Shown here: positions 27,860 to 39,212 of the stretch, in pieces
How the letters are laid out: each line of letters starts with the position of its first letter
Numbering within the stretch: the stretch's first letter is position 1
Assembly (NCBI RefSeq): GCF_009914755.1
Contig: NC_060931.1
Reading direction: 5' to 3' (one strand)
DNA: 64,000 nucleotides
Origin: the human T2T-CHM13v2.0 reference genome, Homo sapiens
Position numbers and translations under genes: made by a program
Notes under the pieces: generated by a model
What the model was told of the DNA's origin: nothing
Seen by the model: only the letters and a program-made list of their open reading frames with translations
Databases searched by the model: none

Positions 27860-29420
27860 ATGATCTCTGCTAAAACACTGATATGCTCCCTTTTCTATTC
27901 ATCTTATTTTTGTGACCCCATCTGTTCACCTTTTACCACTTAAGGAAAAGCAAAACTCTTACACATTTTTTTCCAGAGTATAGCTACTACTCTAAATCTA
28001 ATGGATTTCTGGCTCTGACACTTGTTCCTTAACCTTGCTGATAAAATTTAATAGCTATTCTCTGAAATACTTCAAAAGACAAATTCTCTTTAACAGGACA
28101 TTCTTGGCACTTTAGCTCCCCTCACCTTCAATTTTGCAAATTGAACCTTGACCTCATAACAGCAAAATGCTTCCGCCAAGGTCATTACAATCCTATCAAC
28201 AAGGCCTAGTCAATCAAGAATAGGCACTAATATTGGGTCTAAGCTATCACAGTTTCTTTCTTCAGAGATAATCTGGCCTACTTTACAGAAACTGTCTAAT
28301 TCCACTCAAGGAATTTGTCCAACTCAAAGCACATAAATTGACATTTCTATTGCAATAAATGATACTTATTCTCCTCATACAACGTACGCTTCACTGGGAT
28401 ACTGTTTCTTATATGAAGATCAGCCTTATATCTGTTGAGCACACTCTTACTTATCCTGGGTATTTGGAGTAATCGTTAGAAATTTCCAGATGTTGAAAAC
28501 TACCATTGATGGGGTTTGAATGTTTACCCCAAATTTCTTGTGTTGGAAACCTAATCCCCAATGCAGCAGTATTAAAAAGTGGGTCCTTTAAGAGGTGATT
28601 CAATTATGAAAGTTTGCTCTCATTAATGGATTAATTCATTTATAAATTAATGGGTCAATAAACTGAATTATGGGAGTGGAAGTGTTGTCTTTATAAGAAG
28701 AGGAAGAGAGACCTGAGCAAGTACGTTAGCATGCTCAGCCCCCTCACCATGGATACCCTGTGCCTCCTTGGGACTCTGCACAGAGACTTCACCAGCAAAA
28801 AGGTCCTCTCCAAATGTGGTCCCTTGACTTTGGACTTCCAGTTTCTGTAACTATAAAAAGTAAATTCATTTTACTTATAAATTACCCAGTTTCAGGTATT
28901 TTGTTAAAGTAACAGAAAATAATACAACCATCCCATTAGTGAATTATATTTTCTTAAATATAATACCTAGAAGGCTACAAAATAAAATAAACTCAAGTAT
29001 TTAAAATTAATTTTAAAACTTCCAGAAGAGATATTGTCTTTTCATGTATATTCTTCAAGCTATAATTTTCATAAAAATAAAACTTGAAAAGCTGTTTCAA
29101 AACTTATTTTTAGCCTTAAAGTAATAAATGATAGCACTTCTGCTCAGAAAGCAAAAAAAAAAAAAAAAAAAAATCGCCTAAATAGATTTACTAAAGTTGT
29201 CATAGACAATTGTGTAGTCTTTAATGTCCTCTTAGCCAGTCAGAGTAGAGTTTATCTCAAAGTAAATACTTCTGGTTACCCTTATACAAATACACAGGGC
29301 AAATAGAACAGTCTGTGACTATGTTTTCTAAAAAGCCTATCTCACTCTCTAAAGCAGAAACAACTGGATTCTGGGACCTATTACCATTGCCTTGGTTTAA
29401 TAATGTAAGTGGTTGTGTTC
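27860..29420 (+). mobile_element. Class I ERV env relic (SU and TM), interrupted by an MST LTR
   Basis: Near 27970: FFQSIATTLNLMDFWL*H, resembling the SU CWIC region. 29178-29303: LNRFTKVVIDNCVVFNVLLASQSRVYLKVNTSGYPYTN, a decayed immunosuppressive domain plus CX6CC region. Boundaries approximate. Confidence 0.75.
28507..28926 (+). mobile_element. MSTC/MSTD MaLR solo LTR
   Basis: TGATGGGGTTTGAATG...TTTATAAGAAGAGGAAGAGAGACCTGAGC...ATAAATTACCCAGTTTCAGGTATT...ACA; perfect 5-bp TSD ACCAT. Confidence 0.9.
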
Positions 29421-29872
29421 AAAACCTATTTTAAAAAGATTTTTTAAAGTGTCTTTTAAAAACTAAAAAATGAGACAAAAAGGGATACAGAATAAATAGA
29501 ATGTACATTAAGAATATAGGTAAGTAGAAAGTTGATGAATTCAAACCAAAATAAATTATTACTTTCATTGAATGTAAAGGTAATACATGTTCCAATCAAC
29601 AGAAAAAAGAATTAGATTGTATTAAAAACAAAACAAAATCTTAGAAATAAGCGTATTTCATAATAACAAATATATAACAATTCCCAATTTGTGTTCCCTC
29701 GGTGTTATATTTATGCAGCAAACATTAACAGAAATACATGGATAAATGAACAAATTCACAACTATTTCAGAAGTTTTTTAACACACCTCTCCAACACCAA
29801 TAAAACAAGAAGATAAAACATAACAAATATACAGAAGATTGAACTATACTTTTAGCAACCTTGGCCTTGTTG

Positions 29873-29873
<1 letters not shown>

Positions 29874-29909
<36 letters not shown>

Positions 29910-29922
29910 TGTGTGTGTGTGT
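29874..29922. repeat. (TG)n microsatellite
   Basis: Read directly from the sequence. Confidence 0.95.
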
Positions 29923-30103
29923 ATAATTATATGCATAGGAACTGCAGAACTGCCAAAATAAATGTACCTTATTTTCAAGGGAAATAGAAAATTTCTAGAT
30001 CTCCGCCATATGTTGAACACAAAATAAGACTGAGTGAATTTCAGTGCATTAAAGTCATGCATAATCTAATCTCTGATCACAAAGAAGTAAATCCATAACC
30101 AAA

Positions 30104-30412
30104 TTTTTTTTTTTTTTTTTTTTGAGATGGAGTCTTGCTCTGTCACCCAGGCTGGAGTGCAGTGGTGCGATCCTGGCTCACTGCAAGCTCCAAGCTCCAC
30201 CTCCTGGGTTCACGCCATTCTCCTGCCTCAGCCTCCCAAGTAGCTGGGACTACAGGTGCCTGCCACCATGCCCGGCTAATTTTTTATATTTTTTAGTAGA
30301 GACAGAGTTTCACCATGTTAGCCAGGATGGTCTTGATCTCCTGACCTTGTGATCCGACTGCCTCGACCTCCCAAAGTTGTGGGATTACAGGCGTGAGCCA
30401 TCATGCCTGGCC
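30104..30412 (-). mobile_element. AluY-like element with a small internal duplication (CAAGCTC twice)
   Basis: GCAAGCTCC, TTCACGCCATT and TTAGCCAGGATGG diagnostics. Confidence 0.92.
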
Positions 30413-30574
30413 AAAAATTTTTGAATTAATGTATATTTGGGAATTAAGAGATGAATTATAAACAACCTATTGATCAAAGGAGAAATTACAAAGAAAAATT
30501 TTTGAGATATATATTTTTCAAACTGTAAGTGAAAAAAATATGAATTTTTAAAACAGTGAAATATATATATTCAA

Positions 30575-30808
30575 AAATTTTTAATAGTTTAATAGCACAG
30601 GAGTGTTACTACAGTTAAGAATTTATTGTATATTTTAAAACAGCTAGAAGATTTAAAATGTTCCCAATACAAATAAATGACAAATGGTTAAGGAGATGGA
30701 CATACTCAATACCCTGATTTGATCATTACACATTGTATGTATATATCAAAATATCACATCTACACATAAATATGTACAGTTATTACATACCAATAAAAAT
30801 GTAAAAAT
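30575..30808 (+). mobile_element. L1MA 3' end fragment
   Basis: TTTATTGTATATTTTAAAACAGCTAGAAGA...TACCCTGATTTGATCATTACACATTGTATG...AATAAAAAT. Confidence 0.8.
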
Positions 30809-30811
30809 CTT

Positions 30812-31028
30812 GGCAGAGTACAGTGGCTCACTCCTGTAATTACAGCACTTCAAGAGGCTGACGTGGGAGGATCACTTGAGGCAGGAGTTCAAGACCCGCC
30901 TGGCCAACATGGTGAAACCTCGTCTCCATTAAAAATACAAAAATTAGCTGGGTGTGGTGGTGTGTGCCTGTAGTCCCAGCTATGTGGGAGGCTGAGACAT
31001 GAGAATCACTTGAACCCAAGAGGCAGAA
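30812..31028 (+). mobile_element. 3'-truncated Alu (AluJ/S-like)
   Basis: Left arm plus part of right arm; stops at GAACCCAAGAGGCAGA with no poly-A. Confidence 0.9.
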
Positions 31029-31029
31029 T

Positions 31030-31257
31030 CCAAAATGTTGTGATTACAGGCATGAGCCACCGTGCCCGGCCGCCCCTACTCTTTTGACCTCATTTAACTT
31101 TAATTGCCTCCTGAAAGCCTTATATTTAAATGCAGTCACATTGTGAATTAGGGCTTCAACATGTAAATTTTGGATGAAACACAATCCAGTCCGTAGCACT
31201 TTCTCTTCACTAGTGGGCATTCATTCCATTTACAAATCTTAAAAAAAAATGTGGGGG
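31030..31257 (+). repeat. Local ~225-bp direct duplicate of 27532-27757
   Basis: Alu head, MLT1 end and unique flank (CTTTCTCTTCACTAGTGGGCATTCATTCCATTTACAAATCTTAAAAAAA) are repeated together. Confidence 0.95.
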
Positions 31258-31650
31258 ATTTTATTGCTGATGAAAGTGGCTCTCAGTGGAAAGGGGAGCT
31301 GAAAAGTGGGCAGAGTAGGAAGATAATCCCTGGCGGGACTCCTCTCTGAAACTACACCATCAAGACATCCCTCTGAAGTCAAGCTGCTTCTCTCCAACAT
31401 CCAACCATAGTCTCCCATGTCCCACTGCCTCTCCTTTTCTCCCTCTTCTGCCTGCAGAGCCTGGGGTTTTTAAGGGCACAGGATTTGGCATGGGGGTGGG
31501 CCATGAGTGGTTTTGGAAAAGGCAACAGTCAACCAGGAAAACAGGAATGTATGTTCTCTTTTTGGGCCGTGGTTCCAGGCTTGTGGGTGGGCCACTCACC
31601 GGGGCCCCACCCTCTTCTGCCCAGAATTTCCCTGCCTCCTGTCCCTATCA
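31252..31650 (-). mobile_element. ERV1 LTR 5' portion (LTR27/LTR28/MER52 group), truncated
   Basis: Reverse complement starts TGATAGGGACAGGAGGCAGGGAAATTCTGGGCAGAAGAGGG; 3' part absent. Confidence 0.8.
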
Positions 31651-31709
31651 GTCACTCACACACACACACACACACACATGCACGCATGCACACACGGACA
31701 CACACAAAG

Positions 31710-32830
31710 TAAGAACATTTTAATGATGGCAAAGTTATACTTAAAGAGAGACCCATAGCTTTAAAATTAATATATTAGGAAATGAAGCTAAAAATTACTG
31801 AAACCAAATATTGAATGAAAAACTTGAATAAATTTTGGTTGAACTTCAAGAAGTAGACTGAAGAAAATATTAATAATGAGACTAGGAAAAAAAACATAGA
31901 AAACAACACATTTCTGTACAAATTAACAAAGCCGAAATAGTTCTTTGAAAAAAAAAAACTAATAAAATTGATTAGTTCAGACTAGAATTATTAAGAAATA
32001 AAAGGAGATACAGCACAAATAAACAGCAGCAGAAATGAAATCAGATTATCATTACAGAGTTCATTATCAAGATAATTTTTGTGGTTATTATAAATGAGTT
32101 TTCAGTATATTTCCAAAAATGTATATTAAAAAATGACGACACCTAAGGAAATCTTGAATAGGACCACATGGGAAAATGTCTTCTATCATTACAATGTTAT
32201 AGTTATTAATAAAAAACAATATTGTTACAAAATAAATAAATAGACCAATGCAATAGATTTCAGAAACAGACCCACACGTATAGACACTTGATTTGTGACA
32301 AAGATGGAACTGCAAAGCATTAGGTAAAGGACAGTCTTCAAATAATTAGTGCTGGGTCAATTTAATCCACATATGTAAAAAACATGAAACAACTCCTATC
32401 TTATACCATTCACAGAACAATATTTTCCATTTGGATTGTACATTTCAAAGTCGAAAACAAAGCACTTAAGCTTTGAGAACATTTTTATGATTTCAGAACT
32501 GGGAAAACTTGTTAAGTAGGGGAAAAAAGAGACACTGATCATAAAGTCTGTTCATCAAGAGACATTAACAAATAAGGAGTGGGAAAGATATATGGCTATC
32601 TGTAGCATATATTAATAGTACCAACAAGGTGCTCAAGGAGGAAAAGACCACAGAAAGTTGAAACTCAGACAACATATTTGAAAGGCACTTCACAAAAGAG
32701 GATATCCAAATGCCAATAAACATGTGAATAGATTTTCTACTGATTAATCAGTAGGGAAATAAAAGTTAAAGCTACACAAAATACAAGTCCACCAAGAAAA
32801 CTCAGTTTGAAATGATGAAAATTGCAAGAT
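31710..32830 (+). mobile_element. Very old L1 (L1ME-like) ORF2 fragments
   Basis: AATAGTTCTTTGAAAA, CAGAAACAGACCCACACGTATAGACACTTGATTTGTGACAAAG, CACTTCACAAAAGAGGATATCCAAATG. Confidence 0.65.
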
Positions 32831-33018
32831 GTTCAAATCTGAAAAATGTGCCTTGGACTTTATGATAATGGAAATTCACAAGAACAAAGTCCATTTGCTT
32901 AAAGTGTGGTCTGAATCAGTAATTTACTTGCTGCCAGCGGAAGAACTCAGAGAGCACTATGTTAATGACCACTGATCTTAATGTCACAGAAATAAAAACT
33001 GCATTTTAGGGAGGGTAG

Positions 33019-33181
33019 CAGTGGTGTGTTGGACGTACACATCTTTTCCCCTGCTTTCAGTGAAATCATGTTGGTAAGTTGAAATAGGCCACATGGGAAG
33101 AAATTGACGAACACTGCAAATCAGGGCTATTTTTTTCTTCTGGAGAACTGACTGTTGAACACGTACCAGTACGCCACACTA
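33019..33181. mobile_element. Possible short hAT-type MITE
   Basis: Imperfect inverted ends CAGTGGTGTGTTGG ... CCAGTACGCCACACT. Confidence 0.35.
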
Positions 33182-33194
33182 AGAAATAAATCCT

Positions 33195-33685
<491 letters not shown>

Positions 33686-34029
33686 TTAGAGCACAAATTT
33701 AAATTTTAATGTGGTAATGTGGCATATTTGCTACACCAAAATCATTTCAATTCAAAATTTGGAGTGTTTTTTTCCACTACAAGTTAAATAACTTCATTGT
33801 TCAGTTTCCAAATGTAATCTTCCAAATTAGACAAATGTGAACTACTATGAAGGAGACATAAAGTTCACATGAAGCTTTCATGATGTTAATCTTCATTACA
33901 TGTTTTCACCTTGTTCAAAGTTGTTCCTCCGATATACACAGCTATGGCTGATTGTAAATAAACAGATGGCTGATGGACAGAATGCTGTATTTCCCTCATT
34001 TCTAATTATACAGTATAAAAAGCACACAT

Positions 34030-36249
34030 CTTTTAATAATAGCATGTCAGAAATTTACATTTATTTTGTTGAAGAAACGGGGATCATTGGACCACTGATC
34101 TTCTGTCTCTTCATCCCACTGGGATGAATCATTTGTTTTGCTCTATTAACTGCACATTCCCTTGGATGGTATTTTTTCCTCCTGCATTTAAAGGAAGAAA
34201 CACTATTTTCAAGCATTGTTAATGTCAATGTAGTTTATGTCTTAAACTTTTAATGTTTACTTTTAATTAGAACAGAATCTAATATTTTTGCTTAATGTAA
34301 TTGCTTCATATAATTCCAAAGTTAATTGATAGAAACACAGTAATTCCGGATCTTACCTGTGACACTTCCCTATTTAACAAGCAATGGAGAAAATCAATAA
34401 AAATAAAAACGTAATTTGCTCTAGATAGATAACTACTCTCAGTTTCAATATCCTCTTTTTCTCCCAACTTTGTAATAGGCTAAGAATTATATAATATTTT
34501 GACTAACATTGAGACCATCCATGGTGCTCCTTCATAGGATAGCTCAGGTGTATATATTGAGCATATAATGTAATATTTTTATTTACATAGCCAATAAATT
34601 TGAGGTTCAAAAAATGAGTAAGCAGGAGAAGCAAGAGCAGAACTGAGGCTTTAGAATACTTAAAATCCCCCATGTTATGCATTAAAGCAAAATGGGCACT
34701 GGCACCGCTTGCTATCTATGGATTAATTCTAGATTCTTTCTCTCACCTTAACCCATTAAATCACCTTTATGAATTTGTGCCTGCACTGTCAATACAACAA
34801 CCAGTAGCCACATGTGCTATTGAGCGCTTGAATTGTGGCTACTCTGAAATAAGATGTTGTGTAAGTGAAAAATTCACACTGGATTTTGAAGTCTTAGAAT
34901 GGAACTAAATAACTTAAAATACCTCATTTTAAATTTCTATATTGATTATGTGTTGAAATATTAATACTTGGATATATACAGGGAAATAAAATGTTTATTA
35001 CAATTGATTTTACCTGTTGCTTTTTACATTTTAAATTAGGATAACAGAAAACTAAAAATCAGGTATGTGGCTCACATTAGAGGCTTGCTTTATACATCAG
35101 ATTGACCACACTGCTCTGGATTTTTCTCATTCACATTTCTGTGCTTGGCTTATCTTTTTTATTTATGCAAGCTATGATTTTCCTGCCTGCAACACTGGCT
35201 TCTTATCACAATGATTATTATTCTTTACTTTGTTCTCCTTTGGATATGTCCATCCTGCATTTCCTGATTGAGTTTTGACCATGGTGGTGTGCCCATAGCA
35301 CTCTGCTCCAGCCAACCCTGAAACGCCACCAAAGTTGGGAGTGCTGATTCCCTTAGGATCCTTATGAAGTGCAGCTTGCTTATAGGCTGGAAGGGCATTC
35401 AAGACGCTGTCAGCTATCAACGAAATACTCCACAGCATCAAGGTCCTTTCTCCAATAGTTAAAACAACCAGTCACTTTTGTGCTAGAACAAAATCTACTC
35501 AGTAAGCACCTTTAAAAAGGAAAATTACAAGAGAGTATTTAAATACATATATTATATATATTTTAATATTAATATAGATATATTATATATTTTTTTTTAT
35601 TTCACCTTACCCAAAGTTAAAAATTAACCTAGAAATTCATACACTTAAAAGGACACAAGCAGGAGCTGGTCATTATTATAACTCATTAAATGTTAGTAAA
35701 AATGAACTTCCAGTTTTGTTTTTGAAAGTTACCCAAAACATTTTATTTTGTTTAGAAACATTAAAAATAGAGAATCCATCATATCAAAATAATAGGAGAA
35801 ATCTTTTTTTAAAGTTTGCTTTTCCTTTTGATTTACAATTAGCTGTCAGGATAACAGAAACTAGTCATATACAATCTCAGGGAATAACCACCATAAAAAA
35901 TATATTTAAAGGAGGATCTGCAGGGTCTTAGTAAATTATTGTGTCCAGTAGCAAAATAAATTTTTCATTTTTAAAACCCCAGTCAAATATGATTAACTAG
36001 GGTCTATGACACCCACTTACTATTTAAGGTCGACAAATGCAATGTTATTTCTATGATGATAGTGCTATACCATACTATATGGCCACATGGAGTTGTAGCA
36101 CAAATGAAATATTTCATCCTTACCTTTCAGATACTGATAACCATAATTATTGTGTATGTAAATTTAATTTTCCCATTTTGTATCACATAATCTTTTAGAT
36201 TTTTTAACTGAGTCATTTTGTGCTAGAAAACATCTACGTAGTGAGTCAT
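34030..36249 (-). other. Cluster of candidate exons (decayed gene or spliced ncRNA), identity unknown
   Basis: AG/GT-bounded segments at 36124-36249, 36021-36050, 35611-35628 and 34357-34369, acceptors at 35509 and 34181, and a downstream AATAAA/ATTAAA. No homology recognised. Confidence 0.35.
34781..35114. mobile_element. MER33/MER3-like hAT-Charlie MITE
   Basis: CTGCACTGTCAATAC...TAGCCACATGTGCTATTGAGCGCTTGAATTGTGGCT...CACACTGGATTTTGAAG...TATGTGGCTCACATT. Confidence 0.8.
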
Positions 36250-36680
36250 CTTAAGAAAAAGTAAAATCAGGAGAGAATCTAAATTTTTTGGCATCAGGAA
36301 ATTCTAATTAGAATATATTTTATACAGTTGAGAGAACACAAAGTTGTAAACATTAAAATGGGAGAAAGAGGAAAACCCAGATTTAAATGTTCTTATTTGG
36401 TAGCTAAAATCATCTCATTAAGACCAATAAAATATACAATTAGGTGTTTTTTTCATATTTAAGTTTACATGGTTACCTTTAGGACAAAAAATGTCAAATG
36501 ACTGAACAATTGATTCCAAATTGAATCACTATTATATTAGTTACAAATTACCTACCTACAGTTCACTAAAATTATTGTTCACATAAACACTAACAGTACT
36601 CAACAAAAAGTAACATTTTTCAAATTAATAAATACAAAATATGTTTTACAACATGGAAGTCTGCTCTTCATGTATAAATC

Positions 36681-39212
36681 TTTTTCTTTTCAACTTTTAT
36701 TTTAGAATCAGGGGGCACATATGCAGACTTGTGACATAAGTATATTGCATAATTGAGGTTAGGAGTAAGAATGAATCTATCACCCAGGTAGTGAGCATAG
36801 TACCCAATAGGTAGTTGTTTTCAACGCTTACCCATCCTGCTTCCTTCCTCCCTCCTCTTGTATTGCCCAGTGTCCATTGTTTTTATTTTTATGATCATGC
36901 GCACCCAATGTTTAGTTTCGACTTAAAAGTGAGAACACGCAATATATGACTATTTCTGCATTATTTTGCTTAAGATAATGGTTTTCAGCTGCATCCATGT
37001 TGCTGCAGAGGACATGACTTTTTTCTTTTTTACAGCTGTGTAGTATTCCATGGTGTATATGTGCCACATTTTATTTATCCAATCCACTGTTGATGGGCAC
37101 CTGAGTTGACTGCATGTCTTTGCCGTTGTGAACAGCACTGCAATGAACATCAAGGTGCATGTGTCTTTTTGGTGAAAGATTTATTTTCCTTTGGGTATAT
37201 ACCCAAGTAGTGTGATTGCTGAGTCCAGTGGTAGTTCAACTCTCAGTTCTTTGAGAGATCTCCAAACTTCCAAACTGCTCTCCACAGTGGTTGAACTAAT
37301 TTATTAATACATTCTCACCAACAGTGTATGAATGTTCCCTTTTCTCCATAGCCTCACCAGCATCTGTTGTTTTTTGACTTGGTATTAATAGCCATTTTGA
37401 CTGGAGTGAGATGGTATCTCATTATAGTTTTCATTTGTATTTCTCTGATAATTAGTCATAATGAGTATTTTTTTTCATATGTTTGTTGGTCAATTGTATG
37501 TCTTCTTTTGAGAAATGTGTTTTCATGTCCTTTGCCAACTTTTTGTTTTTTGCTTGTTAAGTTTCTTATAGATTCTTAATATTAGACCTTTTTCAAATGC
37601 ATAGTTTGTGAACATTTTCTCCCATTCTATAGGGTGTCTCTTTACTCTGTTGGTCACTTATCTTGCTGTGAAGAAGCTCTTTATTAGGTCTCATTTGTAA
37701 ATTTTTATTTTTGTTGTAATTGCTTTTGAGGACTTAGCCATAAATTATTTGCCAACGCCAGTATCAAGAAGGATATTTCCTAGGTTTTTTTCTAAGAATG
37801 TTATAGTCTGATGTCTTATACTTAAGTCTTTAATTCATCTTGAGTGAATTTTTGTATATGGTGATAGGTAGGGGTCCAGTTTCATTATTCTGCATATAGA
37901 TAGCCAGTTAGCCCAGCACCATTTATTAAATAGGGAATCTTTTCCCCATTTCTTTTTTTTTGTTGACTTTGTCAAAGATAAGATAGTTGTAGGTGCTCAG
38001 CTTTATTTCTGGGCTCTCTATTCTGTCCCATTGGTCTATGGGTCTGTTTTCGTACCGGTACCATGCTGTTTTGGTTACTGTAGCTTTGTAGTATAGTTTG
38101 AAGTTGGGTAATCGATGTGTATTAGTCCACTCTCATGCTGCAATAAAGACATACTTGAGACTGGGTAATTTATAAAGAAAGAAAGATTTAATGGACTCAC
38201 AGTTCCACATTGCTGGGGAAGCCTCACAATCAAGGTGGAAGAAAAAGGCATGTCTTACAGGGTGTCAGGCAAGAGAGCGTGTGCTGGGGAACTGCTCTTT
38301 ATAAAAGCAACAGATCTCTTGAGACTTATTCACTATCATGAAAACAGCATGAGAAAAACCCACCCCCATGATTCAATTACCTCCCACTAGGTCCCTCCCG
38401 TGACATGTGGGGATTATGGGGGCAACAATTCAAGATGAGATTTGAGTGGAGACACAGCCAAACCCTATCAGATGCCTCCAGCTTTTTGGTTGTTGTTGTT
38501 GTTTTGTTTGTTTTTTTTGTTTTGCTTAGAATTGCTTTGGCTATTCAGGCTATTTTTTGCTTCCAAATGAATTTTAGAATAATTTTTCCTAATTCTGTGA
38601 AAAATGACATTGGTAGTTTGATAGGAATAACATTGAATATGTAAATTGCTTTAAGCAGTATGACCATTTTAATGATTTTGATTCTTCTAATCCATGAGCT
38701 GGAGATGTTTTTCCATTTATTTGTTTTTGTTTTGTTTTGTTTTGTATCTCAAACGTCTTTCAGCAGTGTTTTATAATTCTCCTCACAATGATATTTCACC
38801 TCCTTGGTTAGCTGTATTCCCAGGTATTTTATTCTTTCTGTGGCTATTGCAAACGAGATTGCATTATTGGTTTGGCTCTCAGCTTGAGCATTATTGGTGT
38901 ATATATTGCTACTTATTTTTCTATATTGGTTTTGCATCCTGAAACTTTACTGAAGTCATTTATTAGCTTCAGGGGCCTTATTAATAGTCTTTAGGGTTTT
39001 CTTGGTAAAAAAATCATATCATCAATGAAGAGATAGCTTTACTTCCTTTTTTCCTATTTGGATGCCTGTTATTTATCCCTTTTGCCCAATTGCTCTGGCT
39101 AGAACTTCCAGTACTATGTTGAATAGGATTGTTAAGAATGGCACCAGTTTTCAAAGAGACTGCTTCCGTCTTTTGTCTATTAAGTATGATGTGGGCTGTA
39201 GGTTTCTCATAA
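36681..39212 (-). mobile_element. 5'-truncated L1 (old L1PA/L1PB type), interrupted by THE1
   Basis: T-rich tail and 3' UTR at left; ORF2 fragments MFIAVLFTTAKT...QLRCPS and IKYLGIQLTKEVK. Confidence 0.92.
38118..38470 (-). mobile_element. THE1B/C MaLR solo LTR
   Basis: TGTATTAGTCC...AATAAAGACATACTTGAGACTGGG...CAGCCAAACCCTATCA; flanked by GATG on both sides. Confidence 0.9.

Larger units (their letters stand above)
29430..30560 (+). mobile_element. Very old L1 ORF2 endonuclease-region relic
   Basis: AATATACAGAAGATTGAAC, ACTGCCAAAATAAATGTACCTTATTTTCAAG, TCTCTGATCACAAAGAAGTAAA. Confidence 0.55.

Noticed and set aside
36044-36141. C/D snoRNA-like arrangement on the + strand (ATGATGA at 36053, CTGA at 36134, GTTAT/ATAAC flanks)
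   Set aside because: Stem spacing is not canonical, I see no C'/D' boxes or rRNA guide, and such short motifs occur by chance in AT-rich DNA.
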